A DNA stretch of 64,000 bases from contig DAIDBH010000018.1 in assembly GCA_027310185.1 (NCBI GenBank), forward strand, positions 32,001 to 96,000, written 5' to 3'. The number at the start of each line of letters is the position of its first letter. Position 1 is the stretch's first letter. The DNA comes from Thermoplasmatales archaeon (GTDB lineage Archaea; Thermoplasmatota; Thermoplasmata; Thermoplasmatales; Thermoplasmataceae). Position numbers and translations under genes: made by a program. Below, in pieces: positions 1-9,664 of this stretch. The notes under the pieces were generated by a model. It had not been told where the DNA came from. It searched no databases and saw nothing but the letters and a program-made list of their open reading frames with translations.

Positions 1-1686
1 CCTACCAGCTCTCCCTTTCCTCTGAATAAAATTAAATATAGTGTATGGTGGCCTGTATTGAACTATAGTGGATATTTGTTTATCGTCTATGCCCAATTCC
101 AGAGATGAAGTTGTAAAAACTATGTCGGTTTTGTTAATTTCATAAGTTGAATCTTCCGCCATAGATCTATCGACTTTCAAGACTGATGTTTTTGGTTTCA
201 TTCCGTTTTGAAAAATAGCTTTTGTAAGTCCAAACCAGCATTCTCCTTCTTTATAAGGTCCAGAAACTTTACAGGACTGAAGATTGCAATTTTTTTCCGA
301 TCCAACTGGGCATTTATAATCAACAAATTCAGAACTTAAAAATTCTTCTTTGTTGAGCCTAAAATTATATAATTTTTTGTTCCCATCTGCATCCTTAAAA
401 TTTTTCTCCTGCCTTATCAAGTTATCCCGTGAATCGAAGAATGCCAAAAGTCTTTCCTTTCCATTGAGATTTACGGAGTGACCGAGAAGCATAAGCAGTT
501 GAATAAGAGTAGATGCTGAGGTACTCCTATTTCTCACTTTCTTAGATTTTATTAAGAAATACTCCTCAATTGGAACTGTTGTTTCCTCATTTTTATTTAA
601 GTCCATTTCTGACGGCCTAATTTCTAATATGTTATTTTCTCCAGTTAATTTTTTTGCAAAATTGACTGAATTAGGTAAGGTGGCGCTAGAAATAACAAAC
701 TTTAATTTCGGATTTTCTCTTTTAAATTCTCTAAGGAAAGCAGAAAGATGAGATCCATAGACCTGGTAGTAAATGTGTGCCTCGTCAAATACTATTGCAG
801 AGGTTTTTCTTAATATTTCTTCAAAATCCGGTCTAAAAGAGATTGAATTTAATGACTCAAAAGTAGTAATTATAATATTAGGCTTCTCTTTAAGAATTCT
901 ATCTTTCGATACATAGATTTTTAAGTTCTCTACCCCGCAACTCTTATTTGAACATTTGAAATCATTGATTTTCTCGTTATAATATATCCCCATTATAGAA
1001 CCATTATTACATATTGGGCACTTTCGTTCCTTAAAGATAACCCAAACCTGCTCTTTTATTTCCTTTTTTTCGAACAGATTATTATTATATTTAAAAGTGT
1101 GTTCATCTATAGACCCAATACCTCCGAATAAAATACCAACACTCAAATCCCTATAACCAGAATTTTTAGCATAAAATATGTTTTTAATAAGTCCAAATAA
1201 CTGATCGATAGCTAGAGCAATTCTAGGATATACCAGAATAGAGTGTGAGTTTCTTTCCATTGAATCCCATAGAGAAGGCAACAAAAACACATTTGTTTTT
1301 CCAGACCCTGTCGGTGCTTGTAAAATGACAACTCTATGCGAATCGTCTCCACTGATCATTTCTTTTATTTTCTTTAAACCATTTATCTGAAAGTCCGAAA
1401 ACGTGTAGTCGCTTAAACCAGGCCCATCAACTAATACGGATTTTAAAAATTCATAGAACTTCTTATCATAGCCCTTTAGTTCATCTATAGGTACATGCCT
1501 ATAAGTGGTAAGTTTTACCCTTGCAAATGTTTTCGTTTCATCGACAAGTTCTTTCCCCTTTTCTCCAGGTTCCATCCTTCTCTTAAGTTTAGTTATTATT
1601 TTTGCTAAATCTTCCTTGTTCCCTAATAAGTCCTCAGATTCATTTGCGTATATTATATCCATTTTTGATATTTTTTCGCTACTCAT
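1..1686 (-). CDS. SF2 DEAH-box helicase, DpdJ-like, with Cys-rich (Zn-finger) inserts; 3' end lies outside the window
   Basis: Not in the ORF track because there is no stop in the window. Manual translation from ATG 1686 gives 562 open codons: Q-motif FSDFQ, Walker A QAPTGSGKT, Ia LVYPRIALAIDQ, CPIC...CSNKSC insert, Ib IIITTFESL, DEAH, SAT, STLIQLLML, FFDSRD, YKEGECWF, V TSSLELGID, VI FIQRKGRAGR. Confidence 0.88.
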   Translation of the reverse strand, partial: MSSEKISKMDIIYANESEDLLGNKEDLAKIITKLKRRMEPGEKGKELVDETKTFARVKLTTYRHVPIDELKGYDKKFYEFLKSVLVDGPGLSDYTFSDFQINGLKKIKEMISGDDSHRVVILQAPTGSGKTNVFLLPSLWDSMERNSHSILVYPRIALAIDQLFGLIKNIFYAKNSGYRDLSVGILFGGIGSIDEHTFKYNNNLFEKKEIKEQVWVIFKERKCPICNNGSIMGIYYNEKINDFKCSNKSCGVENLKIYVSKDRILKEKPNIIITTFESLNSISFRPDFEEILRKTSAIVFDEAHIYYQVYGSHLSAFLREFKRENPKLKFVISSATLPNSVNFAKKLTGENNILEIRPSEMDLNKNEETTVPIEEYFLIKSKKVRNRSTSASTLIQLLMLLGHSVNLNGKERLLAFFDSRDNLIRQEKNFKDADGNKKLYNFRLNKEEFLSSEFVDYKCPVGSEKNCNLQSCKVSGPYKEGECWFGLTKAIFQNGMKPKTSVLKVDRSMAEDSTYEINKTDIVFTTSSLELGIDDKQISTIVQYRPPYTIFNFIQRKGRAGR

Positions 1687-2068
1687 TTGAAATCATCTTC
1701 TTCAATTCCTCGATCTTCGCTCCAATCTCCTTCCCCTTCTCGGTCAGTTCGATCCTGCTCTCCTGCGGGTACTTGGAGCAGTCTATCTCCTGCCTCACAA
1801 CTTTCATTCTTTCCAGACGTCTTAAAATTTCAGTTGATCCTGGGAGTTTATCATTGATCTCCTTCAAGTTCATTGGTCCGTTCCTGAACAGGTGCAGTAT
1901 GAATGCACAACGGTCGGTTGCTATGAACTCCTTCCCATTAGAAATTGTTTTTAACAATTGCATTTCATTTGAATCCTTCGGATACTCGGGTTGAAGATTT
2001 AAAGTTTTATCTTTCTCATTATCCATTTCCTTATCAATATCCCACGACATTATCCCCGGTGAAACCAT
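1679..2068 (-). CDS. Winged-helix (HxlR/MarR-like) transcription regulator, translationally coupled to the helicase
   Basis: GPMNLKEI...LRRLE..KVV...YP....IELTEKGKEI wHTH pattern. Stop overlaps the helicase start (ATGAGTAG). Start uncertain: 2197, 2068, 2050 or 2026. Confidence 0.7.
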   Translation of the reverse strand: MVSPGIMSWDIDKEMDNEKDKTLNLQPEYPKDSNEMQLLKTISNGKEFIATDRCAFILHLFRNGPMNLKEINDKLPGSTEILRRLERMKVVRQEIDCSKYPQESRIELTEKGKEIGAKIEELKKMISNE

Positions 2069-2410
2069 TGTCGAAATGTAAAAACTACTCGCGTACCTAT
2101 TAATATAAGTCAAAGTTGACCTGTTATCATATCTTATTTCATTGAAAACTCTTGCACAACTGTCATATTGACATGTTTTTGAAAGAGTATCAATCATATA
2201 AAAGATAATATCTATACGTTAATAATATTATTCATTTTCAAGAAGCTAAAGGTTATCATTGAAGCAAGCTTGTGATTTACTAATCCTTCAATTGGAAAAT
2301 GCCAAAACAGTCAGTACATAACAGACATAATTTTGTAAAGAATTACAAAATCAAAAACTATTCAATTTATGTATATATCAAACCTAAAAAATCACGTTGT
2401 AATAAGAAAA

Positions 2411-3199
2411 TCACAAACTCTCAAAAACAACAGTTGTAAGAGAAGCAGCATTGAATTCAATTTCACTAGAAAGGATTCTTGAACTGAATTTCTCACCAAC
2501 TGCACCCTGGATGAATCTCAGTGGAAGATTGTATCCCTCTGGCGATGCAGCCTTTACTATGTCAGGAGGAGCATTCCATATCATATCCCAGTCGCCATTA
2601 TTGAATGCTGAAATACACAGATCAAGATATTCCATTGCCTTTGGAGGCGTCTCTCCACTTCCATGCTGGAACAGGTCCAGCCTGTGGATCAGTGATCCTG
2701 TTGAGAGAACGCAAAGACTCTTTTTTATGGAAGAGGATCTCATCAGCCTGCCCAACTGCACATGGGCATCCGGACCAATCTCAGGACATATTGATAGTGG
2801 CACTACAGGCACATCAACATCCCTGAAGACATGAACAAGGGGAGACCATGCACCATGATCAAGGCCCCAGTTCCTGACTGACCCAATCCTTATTCTATTC
2901 TCATTTCCAATATTCATGATCTGCTGTGCAAGTTCCGGATCACCAGGTGCCTCATATTTAACACTGTAGAATTCCTGAGGAAAACCATAGAAATCAAAAA
3001 TCTGCTTCAGCTTTTGATCAGAAACTATCCCGAATGAACCTGAGGTCTGGAAATGTGGAGTCACTATGACAACTGCATCTGTGCTGTCCCTGATCTCTTC
3101 ACCCAAATGCCTGAGTGCTGATACTGTCTTTTCATGCTTCACACCGATATCTCCAATAAGCGTAGGTGTATTGGGCAGGAAGGCAACCGTACTGATCAT
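2411..3199 (-). CDS. LigB/DODA-type extradiol ring-cleavage dioxygenase
   Basis: TPHF, IFDFYGFP..FYSVKYEAPGDPELA, GLDHGAWSPL, DVPVVPLS, TGSLIH motifs. Confidence 0.85.
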   Translation of the reverse strand: MISTVAFLPNTPTLIGDIGVKHEKTVSALRHLGEEIRDSTDAVVIVTPHFQTSGSFGIVSDQKLKQIFDFYGFPQEFYSVKYEAPGDPELAQQIMNIGNENRIRIGSVRNWGLDHGAWSPLVHVFRDVDVPVVPLSICPEIGPDAHVQLGRLMRSSSIKKSLCVLSTGSLIHRLDLFQHGSGETPPKAMEYLDLCISAFNNGDWDMIWNAPPDIVKAASPEGYNLPLRFIQGAVGEKFSSRILSSEIEFNAASLTTVVFESL

Positions 3200-3417
3200 A
3201 GCCTTTCAGGCAAGAAATAGTAATAGATTTTGTTATTTTCATGCATCATGGATACCAGATTTACTTTACTTTCAATGAGTACAAATAAAAGATTGCAAAA
3301 TAAGTCTTATTGTAATTCTCTGGAAAAAAACTTTGTAAAAAATACTGTCTGAACCATGTGATTCCAAACATTGAATCATGTCATGGTTTCATCTAAAGAA
3401 AGATCATGATGTCAAGT

Positions 3418-3690
3418 CTAGCAGCATGAACCTTCTTTCCCTGATTCCAGCCTCGGTTCCTCGTTTCTCACTTCCTCCAGCCCAAGATCAGAGGTATCCG
3501 GCAGTTTTCCTGTGACTTCCTTTGAAAACAGCAGTTCCCCATCCCTGAATATCTCAAAGGAACCTGTTTTCCCTGGCTGTATCCTTATGCTCAATTCCTC
3601 ATTGTGGGAATTTGCTGCAAGCAGTTTTGATGACAGTTCCATGGCAAGTGGCAGATAACATCCAACGCAGAATTTCATTTCATATTCCAT
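3418..3690 (-). CDS. Rdx (SelT/SelW/SelH-like) small redox protein, Cys form
   Basis: N-terminal FCVGC, G.FEI..DG.LLFSK..TG..P motif, C-terminal CC; AGGTGA Shine-Dalgarno upstream. Confidence 0.8.
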   Translation of the reverse strand: MEYEMKFCVGCYLPLAMELSSKLLAANSHNEELSIRIQPGKTGSFEIFRDGELLFSKEVTGKLPDTSDLGLEEVRNEEPRLESGKEGSCC

Positions 3691-3760
3691 TTTTTCACCT
3701 TTATGACGAATCTATTAAATGTATAATAACTATGAAGTTCGAAGTAATGGAGTTGATACA

Positions 3761-4135
3761 GTGAACGATAGTAATGAAAAATACTGCACATGTTCCCTGA
3801 ACGGGATCATGGATATACTGGGGAAGAAGTGGGTGATCTTTGTCCTGAACAGCATTGGCAATCATGGGACAGCCAGGTTCAACGGGCTGTACAGGGAGAT
3901 GAAGGGGGTATCACCATCCACCCTTTCAACAATCCTCAGGGAACTGGCAGAGAGGAACATAATAGGAAAGAGGATTTTTGCAGAAGTCCCTCCAAGGGTT
4001 GAATATTCACTGACAGAAACAGGGATGGAACTGAGGCAATCGATCATCCCTCTTTTGAGATGGGCTGCAAAGTATGACACAGAAACACGTCCAAATGACT
4101 GCTGCGATGATAACCAGTATATATTCATAATATAG
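3761..4135 (+). CDS. HxlR/DUF24 family redox-sensing regulator
   Basis: C.L...MDILGKKW, RFN.L, GVSPSTLS..LREL, FAEVPPRVEYSLTETG. GTG start preceded by GGAGTTGA; ORF track starts at 3719. Confidence 0.9.
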   Translation: MNDSNEKYCTCSLNGIMDILGKKWVIFVLNSIGNHGTARFNGLYREMKGVSPSTLSTILRELAERNIIGKRIFAEVPPRVEYSLTETGMELRQSIIPLLRWAAKYDTETRPNDCCDDNQYIFII

Positions 4136-4162
4136 GGAACTGTCACTGAAAGAAGAAATACC

Positions 4163-4801
4163 CTATTTTTTCCTGCTGTTTCTTAGTGACTTGAGGAGAT
4201 ATGCCGGAATGGCCATCACAAGAACCATGTTCGTTTCGTCTTCGTGTTTGTCTTTCGAATCCTCCTTCTTGAAATTCTCAGGGTTATCAATATAATTCAT
4301 GAATGGCTTTAGCTGCTCCACAACCCTTGAATAGGAGCTATCTGAAAGTGAACTGAATGAAAGACTCAACTGGCTGTGTGTACCATCTTCCACAGCCCTC
4401 TTCATGTCCTCATCCGGGACATTCATGATTTCCTGTGCTATGACTTTCAGGTTCAGCGACTGGGACAGGAGGAACGTTGCCATGAGGTTTCTCAACCTGT
4501 CCGGAGACATCTTCTTGAACTCCTCATTCATCTCACCTGCCTTTTTCTCATTGAATGCCTCATCATTGAGGGAGTAATACTTCTCCACATAGTTCTTCCG
4601 CACCACAACATCGGGAGGATTCACGAATCCCTGTTCCTGGAGATCAGAGATCGCCTGGTAGAGATTTGACCTGCTTGTTTTTATATGCTCTGAAATCTGC
4701 GTAACCGTCATTTTTCCTCCTATGGCCAGAAGTGCTATGATGTGGCTCTTTGTCTGGCTTGACATGACGTCAAAGAGTTTTTCCAGTCTATCCTGGGGCA
4801 T
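4163..4801 (-). CDS. Winged-helix transcription regulator (ArsR/TrmB-like N-terminus)
   Basis: II.LL...GKMTVTQISE....SRSNLYQ.I..L.E.GFV...EKYYSLN. Confidence 0.75.
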   Translation of the reverse strand: MPQDRLEKLFDVMSSQTKSHIIALLAIGGKMTVTQISEHIKTSRSNLYQAISDLQEQGFVNPPDVVVRKNYVEKYYSLNDEAFNEKKAGEMNEEFKKMSPDRLRNLMATFLLSQSLNLKVIAQEIMNVPDEDMKRAVEDGTHSQLSLSFSSLSDSSYSRVVEQLKPFMNYIDNPENFKKEDSKDKHEDETNMVLVMAIPAYLLKSLRNSRKK

Positions 4802-4807
4802 GTCCTA

Positions 4808-4832
4808 AGATTTATATATAAGATATAAATCT
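4808..4832. promoter_or_regulatory. Perfect inverted repeat in a divergent promoter (operator or back-to-back TATA boxes)
   Basis: AGATTTATAT-ataag-ATATAAATCT in the 50-bp gap between the regulator and the MFS gene. Confidence 0.6.
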
Positions 4833-4851
4833 ACGTATAAGGTAAACTTAT

Positions 4852-6087
4852 ATGAATAATCAAAGTATACACGAATCTAACCAGTGGAATAAATTCCTGA
4901 TGTATCTCATGGGGAGGAATATCATCAGAGTTGCCTATTTCATATTCAACATATTCTTCGTGTGGAGGACAATAGTTGCATACAATTCTGTCTTCCTTGC
5001 TGGACTGATTCCTGCATTCTCACTGCTGGGCTACCTGATCATTGTCATACCGGAAGGCCACATCCTGGACAGGCACAACAGGGGAACAGTATTCAGGATC
5101 ACATCATTCCTTCTGGCATTCACATACCTGATCCTTGTTTACAGCGATTCCCTTGCAATTGTGTATGCTGTAGCACTTGTATCATCCATACTCTCATCAG
5201 TAAATTCAGATGCATTCAACACAATACTCAAGGAGACCGTGAAGGAGGAAAAGATCCAGCATGCAGTATCCCTGAGCCAGGGGACAAACGCAATCTCGGA
5301 GCTGACAGGCATCATTGCCGGCGGAATACTCCTCTACCTTCCCTTTGAGTTCCTTGCCATAACACTCTTTTCACTCCCTGTCATATCCATCATCTTCGGC
5401 CTCAGCAGGACGCTGAACAGGTCAGGCATGGTGGATAAATATGGCTTCCGGGGTGCATACCGCATAATTCTTGTTCTTGTTCCATTCCTCATGCTGTCAC
5501 TTCTACTCAATGGCCTGTTCATATCGCTGGATGTATTCGGTTCCGGCCTGATACACATAATACTTCACGGTTCACCCTTCGATTACTCACTTTTTGTTGC
5601 AGCATTTCCCGTCGGTCTTATTATTGGATCTCTTTTCACGGGCAAGCTTTCCTCCATAATATCAAGAACAGGCACAATATCCATCCTCCTTGTTCCACTG
5701 GGAATAGTGCTACTTCTCATTGCAATTTCACGGATCATCTATGTGGACATAGCCCTGGGAATAGTTCTTGGAATAATTGTGATCCTTGTAAACATAGGCC
5801 TGCAGACCATATTCATGAAGGCAATACCTGACGGTGTCATGGGCAGGGTCAACTCATTGGTTACCATCTTTTCCATAGGTGGATCGCCACTCATGGCTGC
5901 AGCTTTCAGCATACTATCAAATTACTTCTACTTCCCATACATCATGGCTGCTGCAGGCATATGTGCAGTTGCAGTTTCACTTCCAGCTTTCAGCATCCTG
6001 AAAAATTTGCCTGAGAAGGTGGCAGGCATTTCAAGAATAATAGAAAAGGAAGGTGAGGCAGGGATAAGTGAGCAGGAATCAGGATAA
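4852..6087 (+). CDS. MFS transporter (efflux-type)
   Basis: 411 aa, about 12 hydrophobic segments, G.ILDRHNR motif A, IP...MGRVNS. Confidence 0.85.
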   Translation: MNNQSIHESNQWNKFLMYLMGRNIIRVAYFIFNIFFVWRTIVAYNSVFLAGLIPAFSLLGYLIIVIPEGHILDRHNRGTVFRITSFLLAFTYLILVYSDSLAIVYAVALVSSILSSVNSDAFNTILKETVKEEKIQHAVSLSQGTNAISELTGIIAGGILLYLPFEFLAITLFSLPVISIIFGLSRTLNRSGMVDKYGFRGAYRIILVLVPFLMLSLLLNGLFISLDVFGSGLIHIILHGSPFDYSLFVAAFPVGLIIGSLFTGKLSSIISRTGTISILLVPLGIVLLLIAISRIIYVDIALGIVLGIIVILVNIGLQTIFMKAIPDGVMGRVNSLVTIFSIGGSPLMAAAFSILSNYFYFPYIMAAAGICAVAVSLPAFSILKNLPEKVAGISRIIEKEGEAGISEQESG

Positions 6088-6227
6088 AGTTACAATTTTC
6101 TGTACATCCGGTCATTGCTGGTTATTTAAACTCCAGGGAAATATACACATCCCTTCCTGGATCAGTGGCTGCATCTTTCACAATCAAATACTGGAACATG
6201 GTTGTTTCCTGTTAATGAGACTAAACA

Positions 6228-7436
6228 TCAGAATGAAGTTTTAGTCATTGACCTACCAGAGACAATGATAACAATTGAAACAGGAACTACAAGTAATATG
6301 GAAATAAATGCGGTGAAACCCAATCCATAATGAATAATAAGAAAAGGAATGATCAGGACACCAGCCGCTGTAGAAATTCCCCTGAACGTGTAGAGTGAAG
6401 ATGCAGTTCTTCCAAGAAGGTCCTTCCGAACAGAACCCTGAAGATATACATTGAAGAGCATGATGCAAAAATCAAAGAATATACCAGAGGCAACCCAGAT
6501 AGGTATTTCCGCAAATGGATCAACAAACAGGTATGCAGAAACCATCAACAAAATTGTATATGCCATTGCTGAAAAAACAATGCCATACCCGATCCTTTTC
6601 CTCATATTAAGCAGTCCAGAAAACGGTCCTGCAACACTGCCACCCACCATGAAAGATGCATAAAGGATAATGTACCATGAAGAGCCTGATGTGCCCTGCA
6701 GTATAAAGACGGCTGGAGCAAGCCCGAAAAAAGATATCATTGAGAGGTAGATGGCGGTCATAATCAGTGGTTTATGATTAGAAGCAAGATATTTCCAGCT
6801 TGCGAGAAACCCCTTGCTCTCTGTCTTTACAGAATCAACCATGACAAGTGGAATGAATATGCTTACCATGGATGCTGCAGTCATTGCAGCAGAATACAGG
6901 ACTATTGAATCAAAATCTCCAAGAAATATTATGATAACACCTGCCAGAGCAAAGCCCCCAACAGCGTGCGCCCCTGAGATCAGATGGGCATAACCATTCG
7001 CCTTGAAAAATTCTGACTTGCTGACAAGGAAAGGAAGTACCGTATGCCCTGCTGTCCACGCAAAGTTGTCGGATATGGCTATGGCGACTATCACTCCTAT
7101 AAGAATTTCAGGAGTAAGGGATTTCATATACACCATAATCGCCAGAAACATTGAGAATGCTGCGATTGACAAATAGGAAAGTACAAAAATAGTTCTCTTG
7201 TTCCGCACCCTGTCCACAACAGGACCTGTCATGAAAACGAGTGAATATATTCCATACTGGGCAAAAAGGGCTACCCCCACAAAAACAAGGCTTCCAGAAT
7301 AGACATATGAGAATACTGGTATGAAAATGGAATAAATGCTGAAGGCAAGGCTTTTCAATGCAACCTTCAAAAGATAGAGATGAAATCTCCTATTCTTTCT
7401 CAGTGTTAATTTTGCATCATCTTCCATGTAATCCAC
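6228..7436 (-). CDS. MFS transporter
   Basis: 402 aa, about 12 TM segments, GPVVDR.RNKR, V.KDLLGR. Confidence 0.85.
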   Translation of the reverse strand: MDYMEDDAKLTLRKNRRFHLYLLKVALKSLAFSIYSIFIPVFSYVYSGSLVFVGVALFAQYGIYSLVFMTGPVVDRVRNKRTIFVLSYLSIAAFSMFLAIMVYMKSLTPEILIGVIVAIAISDNFAWTAGHTVLPFLVSKSEFFKANGYAHLISGAHAVGGFALAGVIIIFLGDFDSIVLYSAAMTAASMVSIFIPLVMVDSVKTESKGFLASWKYLASNHKPLIMTAIYLSMISFFGLAPAVFILQGTSGSSWYIILYASFMVGGSVAGPFSGLLNMRKRIGYGIVFSAMAYTILLMVSAYLFVDPFAEIPIWVASGIFFDFCIMLFNVYLQGSVRKDLLGRTASSLYTFRGISTAAGVLIIPFLIIHYGLGFTAFISILLVVPVSIVIIVSGRSMTKTSF

Positions 7437-7682
7437 ATTAATCCATTCCCGTAACTGTAATCACTGGAATACCTGAATCCCTTATAAGTTTACAAGGTTA
7501 CTTTCCAGCCTGTTCTTTGTAAATGGTATCATAAGCTCCAAACATCTGGGTTTGCAGGAATCATGGTCATAAATAAAACTTGAAACATTCATGATGAAGA
7601 AATGTTCCCCATTATATCCAACCATGGATGCCATCCAAACTGTAAGGTCACCTTCTTAAGTACCATGACTCAATATTAACAC

Positions 7683-9050
7683 ATGAAAGTTGATGTAATC
7701 ATTATAGGAGCAGGTGGCGGTGCCTATCCAGCCGCATTCAAGCTTGCAGGTTCAGGAAAAACAGTGCTCATGGCAGATCCAAAGGGGGTTCTTGGAGGTA
7801 ATTGCCTGTATCTTGGCTGCATTCCTTCAAAGACTGTCAGGGAACTAATAGAGATAAACGACAGATCAGGGAGGCTGCTCGGTTCCAAAAATCATGCAGA
7901 TTTCAGCTCAATCCAGAAGCACAAGGACGATGTCCAGCAACTGCGTTTTGATCAGCATGACCGGGAAAGGTCTGAGTTCAAGAACCTTGAATTCTTGAAG
8001 GGAAGTGTTAGCTTCACAGGAAGAAACAGTGCAGACGTATCCACAGGGGACGGGAAGGTATCAGTGGAATTTAATCATGCCATCATAGCAACCGGGACCG
8101 TGGTATCAAGGATATCATTCCCCGGTTCTGATCTGTGCATCACAAGCGATGACATATTCTCCTTCGGTACAGGATTCAGGAAAATCCCTGATAAGATGGT
8201 CATTGTTGGCGGAGGATATATAGCACTTGAAGTTGCAGGCATGCTCCACATGCTCGGAACAGAGGTGCACCTTTTCGTCAGGACGGAAACTGTCCTGAGG
8301 AATGTTGATCAGGATCTTGTAAAGATTGCGTATCCACTCATAACACCATTTCGTGTTCACCTGAATACATCCATAAGAGATGTCACCGGAAAGAGGGGAA
8401 AGCTGAAGGTCAACTACACGGAGAACGGGGAGGATATGGAAATGGAAGCCGGAGAAGTCCTCCTTGCCGTAGGAAGGAAGGGCGTGGTTCCCGGTGGGAT
8501 CGATCTCACAGGGGTGAAATACAGCAGCAAGGGAATCATAGAAGTCAGCGACACACTCCAGACGAACATTCCAAATATCTATGCCACAGGTGATATAACC
8601 GGAAGGACACCATACTTTCATGCTGCAGTAAGGGAATCACTTGTTGCAGCCAACAACATAATGGGCACGCATGAGGACAGGATGGATTTCCTCAACGTAC
8701 CTGTTTCCATATTCACGTACCCGCCAGTCTCATATATTGGCATACTGAGGAATGAGGCCAGGGAAAAGGGCATGGATATAGTGGAAACATCCTATGCAAT
8801 GTCAGGAGATGCAAGGGCACAGATGTACGAGGAGCAGGATGGGGAGATAAGGCTGTTCTTTGATAAAAATACTGCCAGGATAGTTGGAGGATGGGTCGTT
8901 GGACTGGATGCACCCGAGCTGATCAACGAGATAGGAACCGCTGTATTCAACTCGCTCACAGCCATGGACATGGCAAGGTTCCCTGATCAGCATCCGACAA
9001 CAAACGAGGGTGTATCAAAGGCAGCGAGGGCATGGAAGGAACCTGAATAA
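7683..9050 (+). CDS. lpdA: Dihydrolipoamide dehydrogenase-like pyridine nucleotide-disulfide oxidoreductase
   Basis: GAGGGA FAD fold, GGNCLYLGCIPSK redox disulfide, GGGYIALE, IYATGD, HPTTNE. Confidence 0.8.
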   Translation: MKVDVIIIGAGGGAYPAAFKLAGSGKTVLMADPKGVLGGNCLYLGCIPSKTVRELIEINDRSGRLLGSKNHADFSSIQKHKDDVQQLRFDQHDRERSEFKNLEFLKGSVSFTGRNSADVSTGDGKVSVEFNHAIIATGTVVSRISFPGSDLCITSDDIFSFGTGFRKIPDKMVIVGGGYIALEVAGMLHMLGTEVHLFVRTETVLRNVDQDLVKIAYPLITPFRVHLNTSIRDVTGKRGKLKVNYTENGEDMEMEAGEVLLAVGRKGVVPGGIDLTGVKYSSKGIIEVSDTLQTNIPNIYATGDITGRTPYFHAAVRESLVAANNIMGTHEDRMDFLNVPVSIFTYPPVSYIGILRNEAREKGMDIVETSYAMSGDARAQMYEEQDGEIRLFFDKNTARIVGGWVVGLDAPELINEIGTAVFNSLTAMDMARFPDQHPTTNEGVSKAARAWKEPE

Positions 9051-9093
9051 TAGGGTAAATAGTTTATTATGCCATGCTGCATCTATTATAATC

Positions 9094-9462
9094 ATGAAGA
9101 TAAATTACCATGAATTCATTAAGCAGGATGAGTCACAGAAGAAGGAAACGCTGGGATCATTCTACCATGATCTGTTAAGCAAGAAAAGGGATGAGCAGGT
9201 TCAAATATTCATCAACTTCCTGGAGAATATTTCAAAGGATACAGACGACGAGCAGTACGAAAATATATGCAGGCTCAGCATGGAAGTTTTCCTGTCACTC
9301 AAGGATGTGAATCTCAGGGATCTGATGGCTGTAAGGCTGGAGGCACAGTTTGAACTCCCAGATGATGACAGGATGGTGGACAGCATGAACCTCCTTAGGG
9401 CAATCGAGTCAATGCCAGAAAAGGATGTACTGCTGGACATGATAAAGAGCATTGAAAGATAG
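9094..9462 (+). CDS. Hypothetical acidic helical protein
   Basis: 122-aa ORF with host-like codon usage directly after lpdA; single Cys (YENIC). Confidence 0.7.
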   Translation: MKINYHEFIKQDESQKKETLGSFYHDLLSKKRDEQVQIFINFLENISKDTDDEQYENICRLSMEVFLSLKDVNLRDLMAVRLEAQFELPDDDRMVDSMNLLRAIESMPEKDVLLDMIKSIER

Positions 9463-9664
9463 AGACTGATTCAAGCATCTCTATCATATTCACTTAAGGA
9501 GTTCCCGGATCATAAGGAAAAACAGGACGAATAAAAACAGCAAATAGGATCAAATCCAGAGCCGGTTGACATCCTTTTTGTATGCACCTCAGGGTACACC
9601 TATTCAACCGGTCTTACCCGTAATATAAAATTGAAGACTCACTTATAAATGTTGCATCTGTGAA

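Noticed and set aside
3351-3690. Selenoprotein with a SECIS-like hairpin (3351-3390) downstream of the Rdx gene
   Set aside because: The motif is TGC-GTT-GGA-TGT (CxxC) with no in-frame TGA. The hairpin needs no selenocysteine explanation.
7683-9050. Mercuric reductase MerA
   Set aside because: No C-terminal Cys-Cys; it has the HPT..E motif of lipoamide dehydrogenases.
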